IMG/VR virus record: IMGVR_UViG_3300010269_000156
Span: 1 to 44,777 of that record
Strand: one strand, 5' to 3'
Length of the DNA stretch: 44,777 nt
Origin: a virus
Taxonomy: Duplodnaviria > Caudoviricetes
Below, piece after piece: positions 28,460 to 37,197 of the stretch. The notes below the pieces were generated by a model. The model was given only the letters and a program-made list of their open reading frames with translations. It did no database searches and was not told the DNA's origin. The position numbers and the translations under genes are program-made. Positions within the stretch are counted from its first letter, which is position 1; each line of letters begins with the position of its first letter.

Positions 28460-28629
28460 CATGTTTTGGTATATTCTTTAAAGCTATTTTCATAATCTGT
28501 AGTTCCGTCGGAATTTTTCCAGTGTAAATTCTTAACAGAACCTTTGGGCATATCGCATAATATAGTTGCTTGCCTTTTCCCGCATATACTACATTTTATA
28601 AACTTTCCTACTTCTATTACATCTCCCAC
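28456..28629 (-). pseudogene. Cys-rich small protein (57 aa), probably truncated at its 3' end
   Basis: MGDVIEVGKFIKCSICGKRQATILCD...YTKTC*; ends exactly where the DUF5131 remnant begins. Confidence 0.5.
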
Positions 28630-29087
28630 TATTTTACCTCCAGCAACTCTGGATTTTCATATATATTCCCCAATATTTCTACTTCTTCTGTTTCATGTAG
28701 ATAATAGCCATTACACAAGTAAGCCATTTTTTCATTATCCCATTTAACATCTGCTATAAAGTCATAGTCATGTTCTCCTGTATCAAACCAACCTTCACCT
28801 GGATAATGGCCCCTTGCACGAACTATATCTCCCTCATATATTTCTTTTCTTCTCTTATCTTTTCGCCCCGTATATTGCATTGGAACTATATAATTAGTGC
28901 TCCAAGATGTTTTGTCCCCATCAATGCATGCTAGGCAGGTACCATTGGAGTAAAATTTGAAATACACATTTCCTGGTATGGTTATATTTATTTTTGAACC
29001 TTCATCTTGAAATCTTATCTCTTTTGTGTCTGTATTTATCATCTTATTGTCTGATTTATCCCAGGCTCTAAATTTGATTTCTCTCAT
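28629..29087 (-). CDS. YopX-family protein
   Basis: MREIKFRAWDK, MQYTG.KD...EIYEGDI, EILGNIYENPELL. Confidence 0.93.
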   Translation of the reverse strand: MREIKFRAWDKSDNKMINTDTKEIRFQDEGSKINITIPGNVYFKFYSNGTCLACIDGDKTSWSTNYIVPMQYTGRKDKRRKEIYEGDIVRARGHYPGEGWFDTGEHDYDFIADVKWDNEKMAYLCNGYYLHETEEVEILGNIYENPELLEVK

Positions 29088-29099
29088 CGTTCTACCTCC

Positions 29100-29708
29100 T
29101 TAATATCTATCGTCTATAACTTCATAGTCTGGTTCTTGGTCTATGATCCTTTGCTCTGATGCCCACTCTCTCATGGTATCTATGTCTACGCATAGTGTTA
29201 TTTCTTTGAAATCCTCTTCCTTGGCCCCGTGTATCAATTCCTTTTTAGTAACTACAATGCTGTCTACTCCTTTTGGTTTAAATAAATATGCTCTTTTCAT
29301 AACTACCATTAATGTTTCCTCCTCTTCTTCCTCTTCCAGGTGACCTATACCAAGACATCCTAGCTCATCTAGGCTATCTTGATCATCCATTATAACTGTA
29401 TCCTCTACATTGAAGTTTCCACAGTACGGACATGAGACATCAATTCCTTTGAGATCATCAACAAACTTTTTACTTAATATAAAACTTTTTTCACATTCTA
29501 GGCACTCGTATTTTACTAATACATGCATTTTATAATTTGGGTTCATCCTGCTATCAACTGTATTTTCCATCTTTATCCCTCCATTTTCTATCTCTAAGTC
29601 TTGGATTTTATTAAATTGTTCTTCCCATATCTTTACCGCTTTTCCTATTCTCATGGCCAGTTTGTTTATATTTGCTCCTATATCAAAACCTGTTTCAAGT
29701 CTACTCAC
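29100..29708 (-). CDS. Hypothetical protein with zinc ribbon
   Basis: CLEC...CPYC motif. Confidence 0.65.
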   Translation of the reverse strand: MSRLETGFDIGANINKLAMRIGKAVKIWEEQFNKIQDLEIENGGIKMENTVDSRMNPNYKMHVLVKYECLECEKSFILSKKFVDDLKGIDVSCPYCGNFNVEDTVIMDDQDSLDELGCLGIGHLEEEEEEETLMVVMKRAYLFKPKGVDSIVVTKKELIHGAKEEDFKEITLCVDIDTMREWASEQRIIDQEPDYEVIDDRY

Positions 29709-29925
29709 TTTCGCCCATCTCCTCTATCTTCCTTAGTACTGCAGCCTCCAGACGATCTAGCCTCTTATCTCCAAACCCGAACTCTTCATTCATAACCTTG
29801 TAAACTACCGTTAAAGTTAATTGAATACCTTTCGCTATGCTATCCATTTCCAATTGCTTTAGCTCTTTTCCGGTTAGTTTGTGTACTCTTCTCTGCTGCT
29901 GCCTGGTCATTTTCAATGCCGACAC
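29701..29925 (-). CDS. Phage hypothetical protein
   Basis: EFGFGDKRL motif; in operon. Confidence 0.7.
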   Translation of the reverse strand: MSALKMTRQQQRRVHKLTGKELKQLEMDSIAKGIQLTLTVVYKVMNEEFGFGDKRLDRLEAAVLRKIEEMGESE

Positions 29926-30059
29926 CTCACTTTTTTAAATATCCTGTCCTTGCTATAGAGTCTTCCGCATTCGGTACATACTATAGCTTTGTGTTCTCTT
30001 CCCCAGGTGTTTACAATAGTTACCTCTACCATCTTTCCATGACATCTATAACAAGCCAC
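29913..30059 (-). CDS. Small zinc-ribbon protein (48 aa)
   Basis: Not in the ORF track; MACYRCHG...CTECG; strong RBS. Confidence 0.6.
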   Translation of the reverse strand: MACYRCHGKMVEVTIVNTWGREHKAIVCTECGRLYSKDRIFKKVRCRH

Positions 30060-30070
30060 ATCCTCCCTCC

Positions 30071-30172
30071 TTATCGTTTGCTATACCTATTCATTAGCCA
30101 GTGTAGTAGTGCTACCATGCATGTCCAGCTTATTACTGCTCCTACGATTAAACCTTTTATAAAATCACTCAT
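30071..30172 (-). CDS. Small membrane peptide (33 aa)
   Basis: Not in the ORF track; MSDFIKGLIVGAVISWTCMVALLHWLMNRYSKR; RBS GGAGG. Confidence 0.55.
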   Translation of the reverse strand: MSDFIKGLIVGAVISWTCMVALLHWLMNRYSKR

Positions 30173-30173
30173 T

Positions 30174-30650
30174 TTAGTCCTCCGATTCTATCCTGTCCTT
30201 GAGCCTTCTTAGCTTATTTTCCTTGTTGAACTCTACTAGATCCTCAATGTCGTATAATATTTTCATTTGATTAAGCATTATCTCTACATCTGCTATCTCT
30301 TCAGCTATATTCCCTGTTACTTTCTTACCTCTTAGGTCCTTACATAGTTCCTTCTGGAGCTCTGCCATTTCTTCAAATACCATTGTTATTTGTGGCTCGG
30401 CTCCCCATTTATCCAATGCTCCTTTGTAAACTTCTCTTTCATCTATCGGTTCTGGTTCTTGTTTTAGCCATCTGAAACACTCTTCTTTAGTCTTGAAATC
30501 CTCCACCCAGGCATCTCCTGTAGAGTTGTCTATTCCAATATAGGAGTCTCCGTCTATTTCGTAGAATAATCCTATAGGCTCCCTTGTATCAAATATTTGG
30601 TTTGCCTCTTCTCTGGTTACCAGTTTAATTTCCATCATATTCGCCTCCAT
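30174..30650 (-). CDS. MazG-like nucleotide pyrophosphohydrolase with extra N-terminal domain
   Basis: EEMAEL...IAEEIADV motif. Confidence 0.78.
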   Translation of the reverse strand: MEANMMEIKLVTREEANQIFDTREPIGLFYEIDGDSYIGIDNSTGDAWVEDFKTKEECFRWLKQEPEPIDEREVYKGALDKWGAEPQITMVFEEMAELQKELCKDLRGKKVTGNIAEEIADVEIMLNQMKILYDIEDLVEFNKENKLRRLKDRIESED

Positions 30651-30858
30651 TGTCCATCCAGGATGTTCTCCCTACATCTACTCCATGGTCCCTTACTATC
30701 TCCATAGCCTGGTCCTCTGTGAAACCTGCAGCTATTAATTCGTCATAGTATATTTTCATTTTCTCTGATAATAGTTTTGTTAACTCTTTAAACTCCGGCA
30801 ACATGTTTCTTTCAGCTTTGACGGCCATTTCTATTTGAAATTTTTTAAATATATCCAT
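30625..30858 (-). CDS. Hypothetical protein
   Basis: ORF with RBS in the early operon; AGFTEDQA. Confidence 0.7.
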   Translation of the reverse strand: MDIFKKFQIEMAVKAERNMLPEFKELTKLLSEKMKIYYDELIAAGFTEDQAMEIVRDHGVDVGRTSWMDNGGEYDGN

Positions 30859-30871
30859 AGGTCCCCTCCAG

Positions 30872-31111
30872 TTACTTATATTTTTTATTAGTCTTTTTAT
30901 CTTTAAGTACTATCCGTCCTACTAGCTCCAGATCCTTTTCTTTTAACATGTTTTTTATCTCCTGGATTGTGTCATGTACTTGTTTATTCCTGGCTTTCTG
31001 TCTAGCTTTTTCTGCAGCACTCTCCTTCTCTATTGCCTTGGTTGCTGTAGGATCATAATATCCGGATCCATTCTCCCAATATTTTTCCATAAAGACCCTC
31101 CTATTTGACAA
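30872..31111 (-). CDS. Phage hypothetical protein
   Basis: NGSGYYDPTA...GRIVLKD motif. Confidence 0.72.
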   Translation of the reverse strand: MSNRRVFMEKYWENGSGYYDPTATKAIEKESAAEKARQKARNKQVHDTIQEIKNMLKEKDLELVGRIVLKDKKTNKKYK

Positions 31112-31520
31112 CCTTCAAACTTAAGTCCGGGTACATGTATTCAAATAGTTTCTGCTTAATCTTGAATACTTGAGTTTCTACTCCTTTTACATCGACTACC
31201 TCCGTGGTCCCGTCATTATTCGTGATTACAAAGTCTGCTATATAAGTTATTGGTTGATATTTTACTCCGTTCTTTTCAAATCCTGGCTGCAGCTCGTATT
31301 TAGGTTGCAGCCCAAAGTCTTTAATTTCTCCTGCTTGTTTAAGGATCTTTAGTTTGCAATAGTATTCAGCTTCTTTTATACTGTCAAACTTGATACCGTC
31401 TACTACACACTTTTCATTATTGTACTTACTTCTAGCCTTTGGTTTCTGGTTTAATATACTATTGTCGGTTTTCCCTTTTCTCTTTAGGTATTCCTGATAC
31501 TGCTCCTCGGTCCATCTCAT
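31101..31520 (-). CDS. DUF1064 nuclease/resolvase-like protein
   Basis: SKYNN, DGIKFDSIKE, YIADF, VVDVKG motifs. Confidence 0.88.
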   Translation of the reverse strand: MRWTEEQYQEYLKRKGKTDNSILNQKPKARSKYNNEKCVVDGIKFDSIKEAEYYCKLKILKQAGEIKDFGLQPKYELQPGFEKNGVKYQPITYIADFVITNNDGTTEVVDVKGVETQVFKIKQKLFEYMYPDLSLKVVK

Positions 31521-31626
31521 CCAATTCCCTCCTAGCTTGTCTCATGGCTTCATAATACTTAAGGTTTGGATTGGCTTTCAGTAGTTCTGCTGCTCTTTCT
31601 ACTGCAGAATTATTAATGTTGGCCAT
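31459..31626 (-). CDS. Small hypothetical protein (55 aa)
   Basis: Not in the ORF track; MANINNSAVERAAELLKANPNLKYYEAM; RBS AAGGGGG. Confidence 0.55.
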   Translation of the reverse strand: MANINNSAVERAAELLKANPNLKYYEAMRQARRELDEMDRGAVSGIPKEKRENRQ

Positions 31627-31637
31627 TGAATACCCCC

Positions 31638-31744
31638 TTATTTATCTAATAAGTAACTAACCCATTCTAATTCACTTTCTAATTTTTCATCATCCAGCTG
31701 CTTCAGCTCTGCCTTTAGATTATCCTTCCACTCCTCCAGAAGCC
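31638..31744 (-). pseudogene. 3' half of a small gene split by an insertion
   Basis: LEEWKDNLKAELKQLDDEKLESELEWVSYLLDK*; joins in frame to 33054..33113. Confidence 0.7.
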
Positions 31745-31753
31745 TTAGAAAAA

Positions 31754-32161
31754 ATGAACGAGTGGTTTAAAGCCTTCCCCGAACTATACGAAGCCTACAT
31801 GGTCAAGGAAACCTTCAGGGATATCTATGCTACCGCTAAAAATTATGGTGAAGCCCTTGCTATGTTCAATGACTGGCTGGATGCTATACCTCCTGCGGAA
31901 GAGTTTAGAGCCATGAAAGAAACCTTTATAAAGCGTAAACAGCATATTCTGAATTATTGGTCATACCGTTGGACTAATGCCTACACCGAATCTGTTAACA
32001 ATGCAATCAAAAATATTGAGAAGGCTGGCAGAGGTTACAAATTCGATGTTCTTCGTGACCGATGCATCTTGTCCATCAACAAGCCCACACCTGACAAGTT
32101 TGATTTTAAGAAAGCGGTTTACGTCCCAACGAGTAAAGGTAAAGACACAAACTCTACTTGA
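31754..32161 (+). pseudogene. C-terminal fragment of an ISL3-family transposase
   Basis: PELYEAY..KE.F, ILNYW, TNAYTESVNNAIK, GRGY.F..LR motifs; N-terminal part absent. Confidence 0.85.
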
Positions 32162-32954
32162 GACCTTCAGGCCATTCCTGAATGAAATTGTCTCCCATCA
32201 ATTCCTTAAGAGAATTTTTCATAAATATTGGTATTCTGGTAATACTTGCGGCCTCAACAATATTTTCAACCCATTCACGCTTAGGCACTATTTTGTCTTT
32301 TCTATTTCCAGTCTCAGCGCCAATAATTATCCATTTTACATTTCCGAAAGAACCTAAACCCGCATCAAGAGGTTCTAATAAAGGTTCAATGCTAAGAAAC
32401 GTATTGTCTTTAAAGCGTCCTGGATATCGCAGAGAATTTTTGCTTGTGACAGTGCTGCCATACCAAAAGTTGTTGCTCGCTGGCAATTTATCCGTGTTCG
32501 CAAGTTCACACAGACGCTTTGGATTTTTTGTAAGGAATAAATATTTATGTTGTGGCGCTTTCTCGCAAGTTTCAAAGACTTCCTGAATCCATTCATCAGG
32601 TACCCAATCTCCGAATAAATCTGCCATACTACAAACAAATATCTTGCGTGGACGTGTCTTTCTGATGGGTTCATCAAGGCGATAACGGTGAAAGGTTGGT
32701 ATAAAACCGTAAGGATAAGGCGCTTTAGGCCATTTCCCCAATCTTTCCTTTGGTGCAATATACAGTGGTTCTTGAAGTTCTCTTATGGGGTTATCTGTTG
32801 TTAGAATTGTATCGTAATGGGTGTTTCCTTCGCTATCTGTCCACCCCTTAAATCTATTTGCAATACGTCTGGCATAGCAGTAATTACAATTATGTAAGCA
32901 TCCCGTGACAGGATTCCAAGTGCTATCGCACCATTCAATTTTTGATTTATTCAT
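32154..32954 (-). CDS. DUF5131 (phage Gp37/Gp68, radical-SAM-like) protein
   Basis: SKIEWCDSTWNPVTGC, CxxxCxxC, IFVCSMADLF, FLTKNP, FLSIEPLL, WIIIGAETG. Confidence 0.92.
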   Translation of the reverse strand: MNKSKIEWCDSTWNPVTGCLHNCNYCYARRIANRFKGWTDSEGNTHYDTILTTDNPIRELQEPLYIAPKERLGKWPKAPYPYGFIPTFHRYRLDEPIRKTRPRKIFVCSMADLFGDWVPDEWIQEVFETCEKAPQHKYLFLTKNPKRLCELANTDKLPASNNFWYGSTVTSKNSLRYPGRFKDNTFLSIEPLLEPLDAGLGSFGNVKWIIIGAETGNRKDKIVPKREWVENIVEAASITRIPIFMKNSLKELMGDNFIQEWPEGLK

Positions 32955-33053
32955 TCAAGAATCTCCTTTCGTATGTTCACCTAACGAATACCACAATTTT
33001 CATTAAATTCTTATCATTTTACTGATTTATGCCAATACCACACCTAATTCCTC

Positions 33054-33113
33054 AAGCCCATTAAATTCAGGGTAATTATCTATGATAAAGTTGATTTTTT
33101 CTTCCCTATTCAT
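33054..33113 (-). pseudogene. 5' half of a small gene split by an insertion
   Basis: RBS AGGAGG, then MNREEKINFIIDNYPEFNGL. Confidence 0.7.
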
Positions 33114-33121
33114 ATTTCCTC

Positions 33122-34054
33122 CTAACATGTTTTTCTGAATTCAGATCTAGGCTCCAGATCTCCGCCCCTAATCATTCTTTCATTTTTCCCTCTAATAGCT
33201 TGTGCAGATCTATTTATGTACTGTGTCATGATATCTGGTTGGTATCCTTTGTTGTATAGCTCTATAACTATTTCTTCCTCCTCTTTGGTCCAGGGGTTGT
33301 GGTTCGACATCCTGACTGGTCTTTCTTTTAGACCTAGATCCAGTATCCTTCTTTTAATCGCTCCCTCTGTCCTATTTAATTTCTCTGATATGTCTCTATA
33401 GCCCCATTTGAATTCTCTTAATAGACTTGTTAATCTCTTATCTTCAGCTTCAGTCCACGGAGTTCGCTTGAAGTTATTTTTCATTTTTATGTCTGCCCTT
33501 CTCTGGTCCTTGAGCCAGTCTGGTTCCTTCCCTAGGGCATTCTCCTCTAGTAAGCTAAAATCTATAATGGTTCTATTTTTCTCTGCCCATTTCCAGAAGT
33601 CGTCCAGGTTGACTACTTTAAACGATGATCCTTTTACCTTCTTTGTTTTAACTGGAAGACCCTTATCTATCCATTGTTGTATTGTGTATGAGCATCCATT
33701 GCTGCCTCTTAATTCCACCATCAGTTGATTTAATGTTACATAATCCCCTGACTCCAGGAATGGTCCTAGGCCTAGTCTCACTGCCCTTACTTGTATTGCA
33801 GTTGCAGTCCTATTTAAGGTGTTGGCAATATGCTCCATACTATATAAGCCCCAATACTCTGATAGGAACTCCTCTTCCTCTTTTGTCCAAGGCCTGTTTT
33901 TATGTGCTTTGTTTGTTCCTAACCCTAACTTCCTAGCTCTGTTATATATTGACTGATATGTCCTTCCCAGGTCCTCTGCAATTTCTTGAGTTTTCTTTTT
34001 CCCCCAGTTTTGTATGAGGTATTCCTCCTCCTTATATGTCCATTCCATTTTCAT
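33122..34054 (-). CDS. Putative DNA-binding protein with four Myb/SANT-like repeats
   Basis: WTYKEEEYL, WTKEEEEFL, WTEAEDKRL, WTKEEEEIV, each followed by an HTH-like segment. Confidence 0.7.
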   Translation of the reverse strand: MKMEWTYKEEEYLIQNWGKKKTQEIAEDLGRTYQSIYNRARKLGLGTNKAHKNRPWTKEEEEFLSEYWGLYSMEHIANTLNRTATAIQVRAVRLGLGPFLESGDYVTLNQLMVELRGSNGCSYTIQQWIDKGLPVKTKKVKGSSFKVVNLDDFWKWAEKNRTIIDFSLLEENALGKEPDWLKDQRRADIKMKNNFKRTPWTEAEDKRLTSLLREFKWGYRDISEKLNRTEGAIKRRILDLGLKERPVRMSNHNPWTKEEEEIVIELYNKGYQPDIMTQYINRSAQAIRGKNERMIRGGDLEPRSEFRKTC

Positions 34055-34061
34055 CCCCTTT

Positions 34062-34796
34062 CTAGAATAATGTTAGTTGTCCGTTTTCTTCGGTGTTAAA
34101 CTTTATAACCTGTTTATTACTCTGTTTTTCTCTATCCTTCATTAGCCTATAATTCCACATGCCAAGTACATAAAATGGTGTATCCCATATTTCATATACT
34201 TCTAGTGTTAAGGTATTAGCATGCATGACTTTCGCTGGTATTCCTAATAGGCTTAGCTGTATATAGGACATATAGACTGACTTTATGTCTATATCCTGAG
34301 TTATCGCTACCATTTGTTTTTGATAGTTGTATCCATGTTTCTTAAGTACATTTGCTAGAGCAATTACCATTGCACCAGCTCCAGCTGCAGGTTCATTTAC
34401 TGTTATGTATCCATCCTTTTCTATAGTCTCTTTTATGTGGTCTATAGATACTTCTGCCATAAGCTCTGCTATGGCCATTGGTGTAAAGAATTGTCCTTTC
34501 CATTTGTTTCCCAGGTCCATTTCCATAAACACTTGACCCAATACATCCGAAGGTTCTTTTTCTAGTGCCATAATCAATTCGCCTAGTATTTCAGGAAACT
34601 TGTCCAATTCCTCTTTTTTATACTTCTTTGTTAGGTCCTGGTATTGCTTTTCTTTTTCTTCCCAATCTACCGTATTTACTGTATTCCTTATACTTATAGC
34701 TGCCATTGCTATAAAGTCACTGAAGACTGTCCAGGCTCCATGCCTTCCTGATAGCCATTCAATTTTTTTGATTATATTCTTTAGATGTTGCCTCAT
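34062..34796 (-). CDS. N-6 DNA methylase-like protein (HsdM N-terminal portion)
   Basis: GQFFTP and EPAAGAG SAM-binding motif; no NPPF/Y catalytic motif. Confidence 0.75.
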   Translation of the reverse strand: MRQHLKNIIKKIEWLSGRHGAWTVFSDFIAMAAISIRNTVNTVDWEEKEKQYQDLTKKYKKEELDKFPEILGELIMALEKEPSDVLGQVFMEMDLGNKWKGQFFTPMAIAELMAEVSIDHIKETIEKDGYITVNEPAAGAGAMVIALANVLKKHGYNYQKQMVAITQDIDIKSVYMSYIQLSLLGIPAKVMHANTLTLEVYEIWDTPFYVLGMWNYRLMKDREKQSNKQVIKFNTEENGQLTLF

Positions 34797-34808
34797 TCAC
34801 ATCTTCCT

Positions 34809-35762
34809 CTAATACACTTCTTTCCTTCTGTCTTTCCCATTCATAGTAATTCCCATAGTCATTTCATGTAGCCTTGATACTATAGCCCTAGCTGTCCAGT
34901 CATTATTAGTCTTCTGACTCCATGCTTTAATTAAGTCCTCATCGTTTAAGTTAGTGGTTATTATTACTGGTAGGCAGTTCTCGTATCTATCGTTAATGAT
35001 GTCGTAAAGCATCATTAAGGACCAGTCTGTTACATTCTCTTGTCCTAGGTCGTCTATTACCAGAAGGTCTACTTCTTTGTATGCTTTTAATAACTCATAT
35101 TCGCTGACATTTCTGTCTCTGTCATAGGTCCTTCTTATCTCCTGTAGCAGCTTTATTGATGTCATGCATATCACTGGTATGCCTTTCTTTATCAAGTACA
35201 GTGCTATGGCCACTGCCAGGTGAGTTTTACCTGTTCCGTTGTTCCCTGAAAAGTACAATCCTTCTCCTGCTTCTTTAAATTTGTGGAAGTTTTCCGCATA
35301 TAGTTTTGAATTTCTATAGGCTTCCTGGTTTTCAGAATCCACTTTGAAATTTTCAAAGGTCCTATTTTTAAACCTTTTTCCTATTCCGCTGTTACCTAAT
35401 ATCTTATTGATCTTCTCCCTTTTCAGCCTATTCTCTTCCTCTATCCTCTTTTTCTCCTGGAGCTCTCTTTGTTTTTTATCGTGCTGGGCCCAATATTTAG
35501 TGGCTTCTTTACAGTTGCACCTTTCATGCTCCAGCCAGGCTATTACTTTATTGGTAATAGGTAGTATGACTCCTCTTGGATAAAGTTTCTTACCGCAGAA
35601 TTGACACACTATTGGTAGTGGTGGCTCTGTGGTGTATGGATATCCTTTTTCTATAATCTCTTTTGATGTATATATATGGTTATTCTGGGATTCTGAATTC
35701 TCGCATTCCGCTTTCTCTTGGTTCTGGCTGTATAGGCCTATTATTTTGTTTAGAGCTTCCAT
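34809..35762 (-). CDS. DnaC/IstB-like helicase loader ATPase
   Basis: GNNGTGKT, LLVIDDLG, IITTN, SRL motifs. Confidence 0.92.
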   Translation of the reverse strand: MEALNKIIGLYSQNQEKAECENSESQNNHIYTSKEIIEKGYPYTTEPPLPIVCQFCGKKLYPRGVILPITNKVIAWLEHERCNCKEATKYWAQHDKKQRELQEKKRIEEENRLKREKINKILGNSGIGKRFKNRTFENFKVDSENQEAYRNSKLYAENFHKFKEAGEGLYFSGNNGTGKTHLAVAIALYLIKKGIPVICMTSIKLLQEIRRTYDRDRNVSEYELLKAYKEVDLLVIDDLGQENVTDWSLMMLYDIINDRYENCLPVIITTNLNDEDLIKAWSQKTNNDWTARAIVSRLHEMTMGITMNGKDRRKEVY

Positions 35763-36444
35763 TCCTTATTCTCTCCTCTCTAGCCTTCTCATGGATCTGG
35801 TACTGTTCCAATGTCATAATCCCGTTATTGTACCAGTTCCTTACTATTCCTTTAAAGTATCTCCACTTCTCTGTAGGTGGTCTATTCTTTATTTCCTCTG
35901 TCTGGTTAGTGATATCTACCGCCTCACATAGTAATTGATCTTCCATGCCTTCCTCTATGAATTGTTTTATATGGTGTATGTCCATGGAAGGTGGCATTGG
36001 TATTAATTCTTGCATTCTTCTAAAGATGTTAACCTTTGTTTCTGGTAATTCTGTTAGGGGGTAATCTATAGACTGCTCTGGTTGATCTTTAGGCATCTCT
36101 TTCGTAGTTGGTATATCTACTGGCTTGGTAGGTTCTCCATCCTCTTCGAATGGTATTATCCTGTATTTGGCAGCTTGGCTCCCTTGGCCCTGCATTATCT
36201 CAAGCCTTCCTTTGCTTACTAGCCCTTCCCTTGCCTTGTATATTGCATCTTTCTTCATCCCAGTTAACTTCTCTAGTCTTGACATACTGACCGACAGCCA
36301 GAGTGGGTAGCCTGCTTCATTCGCTATATACATTAGTGCATGCCATAACGATATTTCTGTAGCTGTAAGGCTGTTATTTGTCAGCCATCTATAAAACTGT
36401 TGCACTTGTATCCCTATGTTTAGAATTAGCCTTTCAGCTTGCAT
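35680..36444 (-). CDS. Replication initiator (wHTH plus DnaD-like domain)
   Basis: N-terminal wHTH; YFKGIVRNW DnaD-type motif; upstream of the loader. Confidence 0.8.
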   Translation of the reverse strand: MQAERLILNIGIQVQQFYRWLTNNSLTATEISLWHALMYIANEAGYPLWLSVSMSRLEKLTGMKKDAIYKAREGLVSKGRLEIMQGQGSQAAKYRIIPFEEDGEPTKPVDIPTTKEMPKDQPEQSIDYPLTELPETKVNIFRRMQELIPMPPSMDIHHIKQFIEEGMEDQLLCEAVDITNQTEEIKNRPPTEKWRYFKGIVRNWYNNGIMTLEQYQIHEKAREERIRNGSSKQNNRPIQPEPRESGMREFRIPE

Positions 36445-36455
36445 AACTTCAACCC

Positions 36456-37196
36456 CTAGAATATTTCTTGGCCGATGTATAATTCCAATCCTTTCGCTCC
36501 TATAAATACTGGCCTTCCTGTTGCTCTTGCTATCTCTTTTTTAAATAGTTCCTTATCACTGTTTTGACTACTCATGTGTATTAGTATTATGTTTTTGGTC
36601 ATTGATAGGTCGCTACTTTTTAAGAATTCCTTTACATTCTCTAATTCAAAGTGTGATTTTATTATCCGATCTCTTAATAGCTCTGGGAATTTCCCAGTGT
36701 CTATGTTGTCCTCTAGGATCTCTTTCTTATAGTTACATTCCACCAGTATATGGTCTAGTCCCTTAAACTTGTACTTGCAGAAGTATGAGTCTGTTATGAA
36801 TAGCAGCTTTCCCATGTTTTTATGCTGTATTAGGAACCCTAGTGGCTCTGCTGCATCGTGTTGTGTATCAAATGGGAGGATTGTAAATCCCCCCACTTTT
36901 ACTGTCTCATGTGCTATTAGTTGTTTTAGTCTATAGCTGTCATTTATTCCTAGGGCCTCAATTGTTCCTTTGCTGGTATATACATATATTCCATTTTTCA
37001 TTAGATCCATCATTGCCTTACTGTGATCTTTATGTTCATGGGTAACTAGGCATCCTGCTACCTTCCCTATATTAAAATTTATGCCTTCCTGAATTCTCTT
37101 GAATGATATTCCAGCCTCTATAATTAAAATTTCTGTCTCGTTTTCAAGCAGGTAGCAGTTTCCACTGCTACCGCTTGCTAGTATTTTAAGTTTCAT
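36456..37196 (-). CDS. Metallo-beta-lactamase-fold hydrolase/nuclease
   Basis: SGSSGN, THEHKDH, HDA, ECNY motifs. Confidence 0.9.
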   Translation of the reverse strand: MKLKILASGSSGNCYLLENETEILIIEAGISFKRIQEGINFNIGKVAGCLVTHEHKDHSKAMMDLMKNGIYVYTSKGTIEALGINDSYRLKQLIAHETVKVGGFTILPFDTQHDAAEPLGFLIQHKNMGKLLFITDSYFCKYKFKGLDHILVECNYKKEILEDNIDTGKFPELLRDRIIKSHFELENVKEFLKSSDLSMTKNIILIHMSSQNSDKELFKKEIARATGRPVFIGAKGLELYIGQEIF

Positions 37197-37197
37197 T

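Larger units (their letters stand above)
31740..33058. mobile_element. 1314-bp foreign insertion flanked by a 5-bp direct repeat AAGCC
   Basis: AAGCC at 31740-31744 and 33054-33058; removing the segment restores a 53-aa ORF. Confidence 0.7.

Noticed and set aside
31745-33053. Intact ISL3 element or composite transposon
   Set aside because: Transposase lacks its N-terminal part and no terminal inverted repeats are visible
36035-36048. TTTGTTTCTG half-repeat in the initiator gene (also AAAACCGACA on the minus strand near 31463)
   Set aside because: Single 10-bp matches in AT-rich coding DNA are plausible by chance
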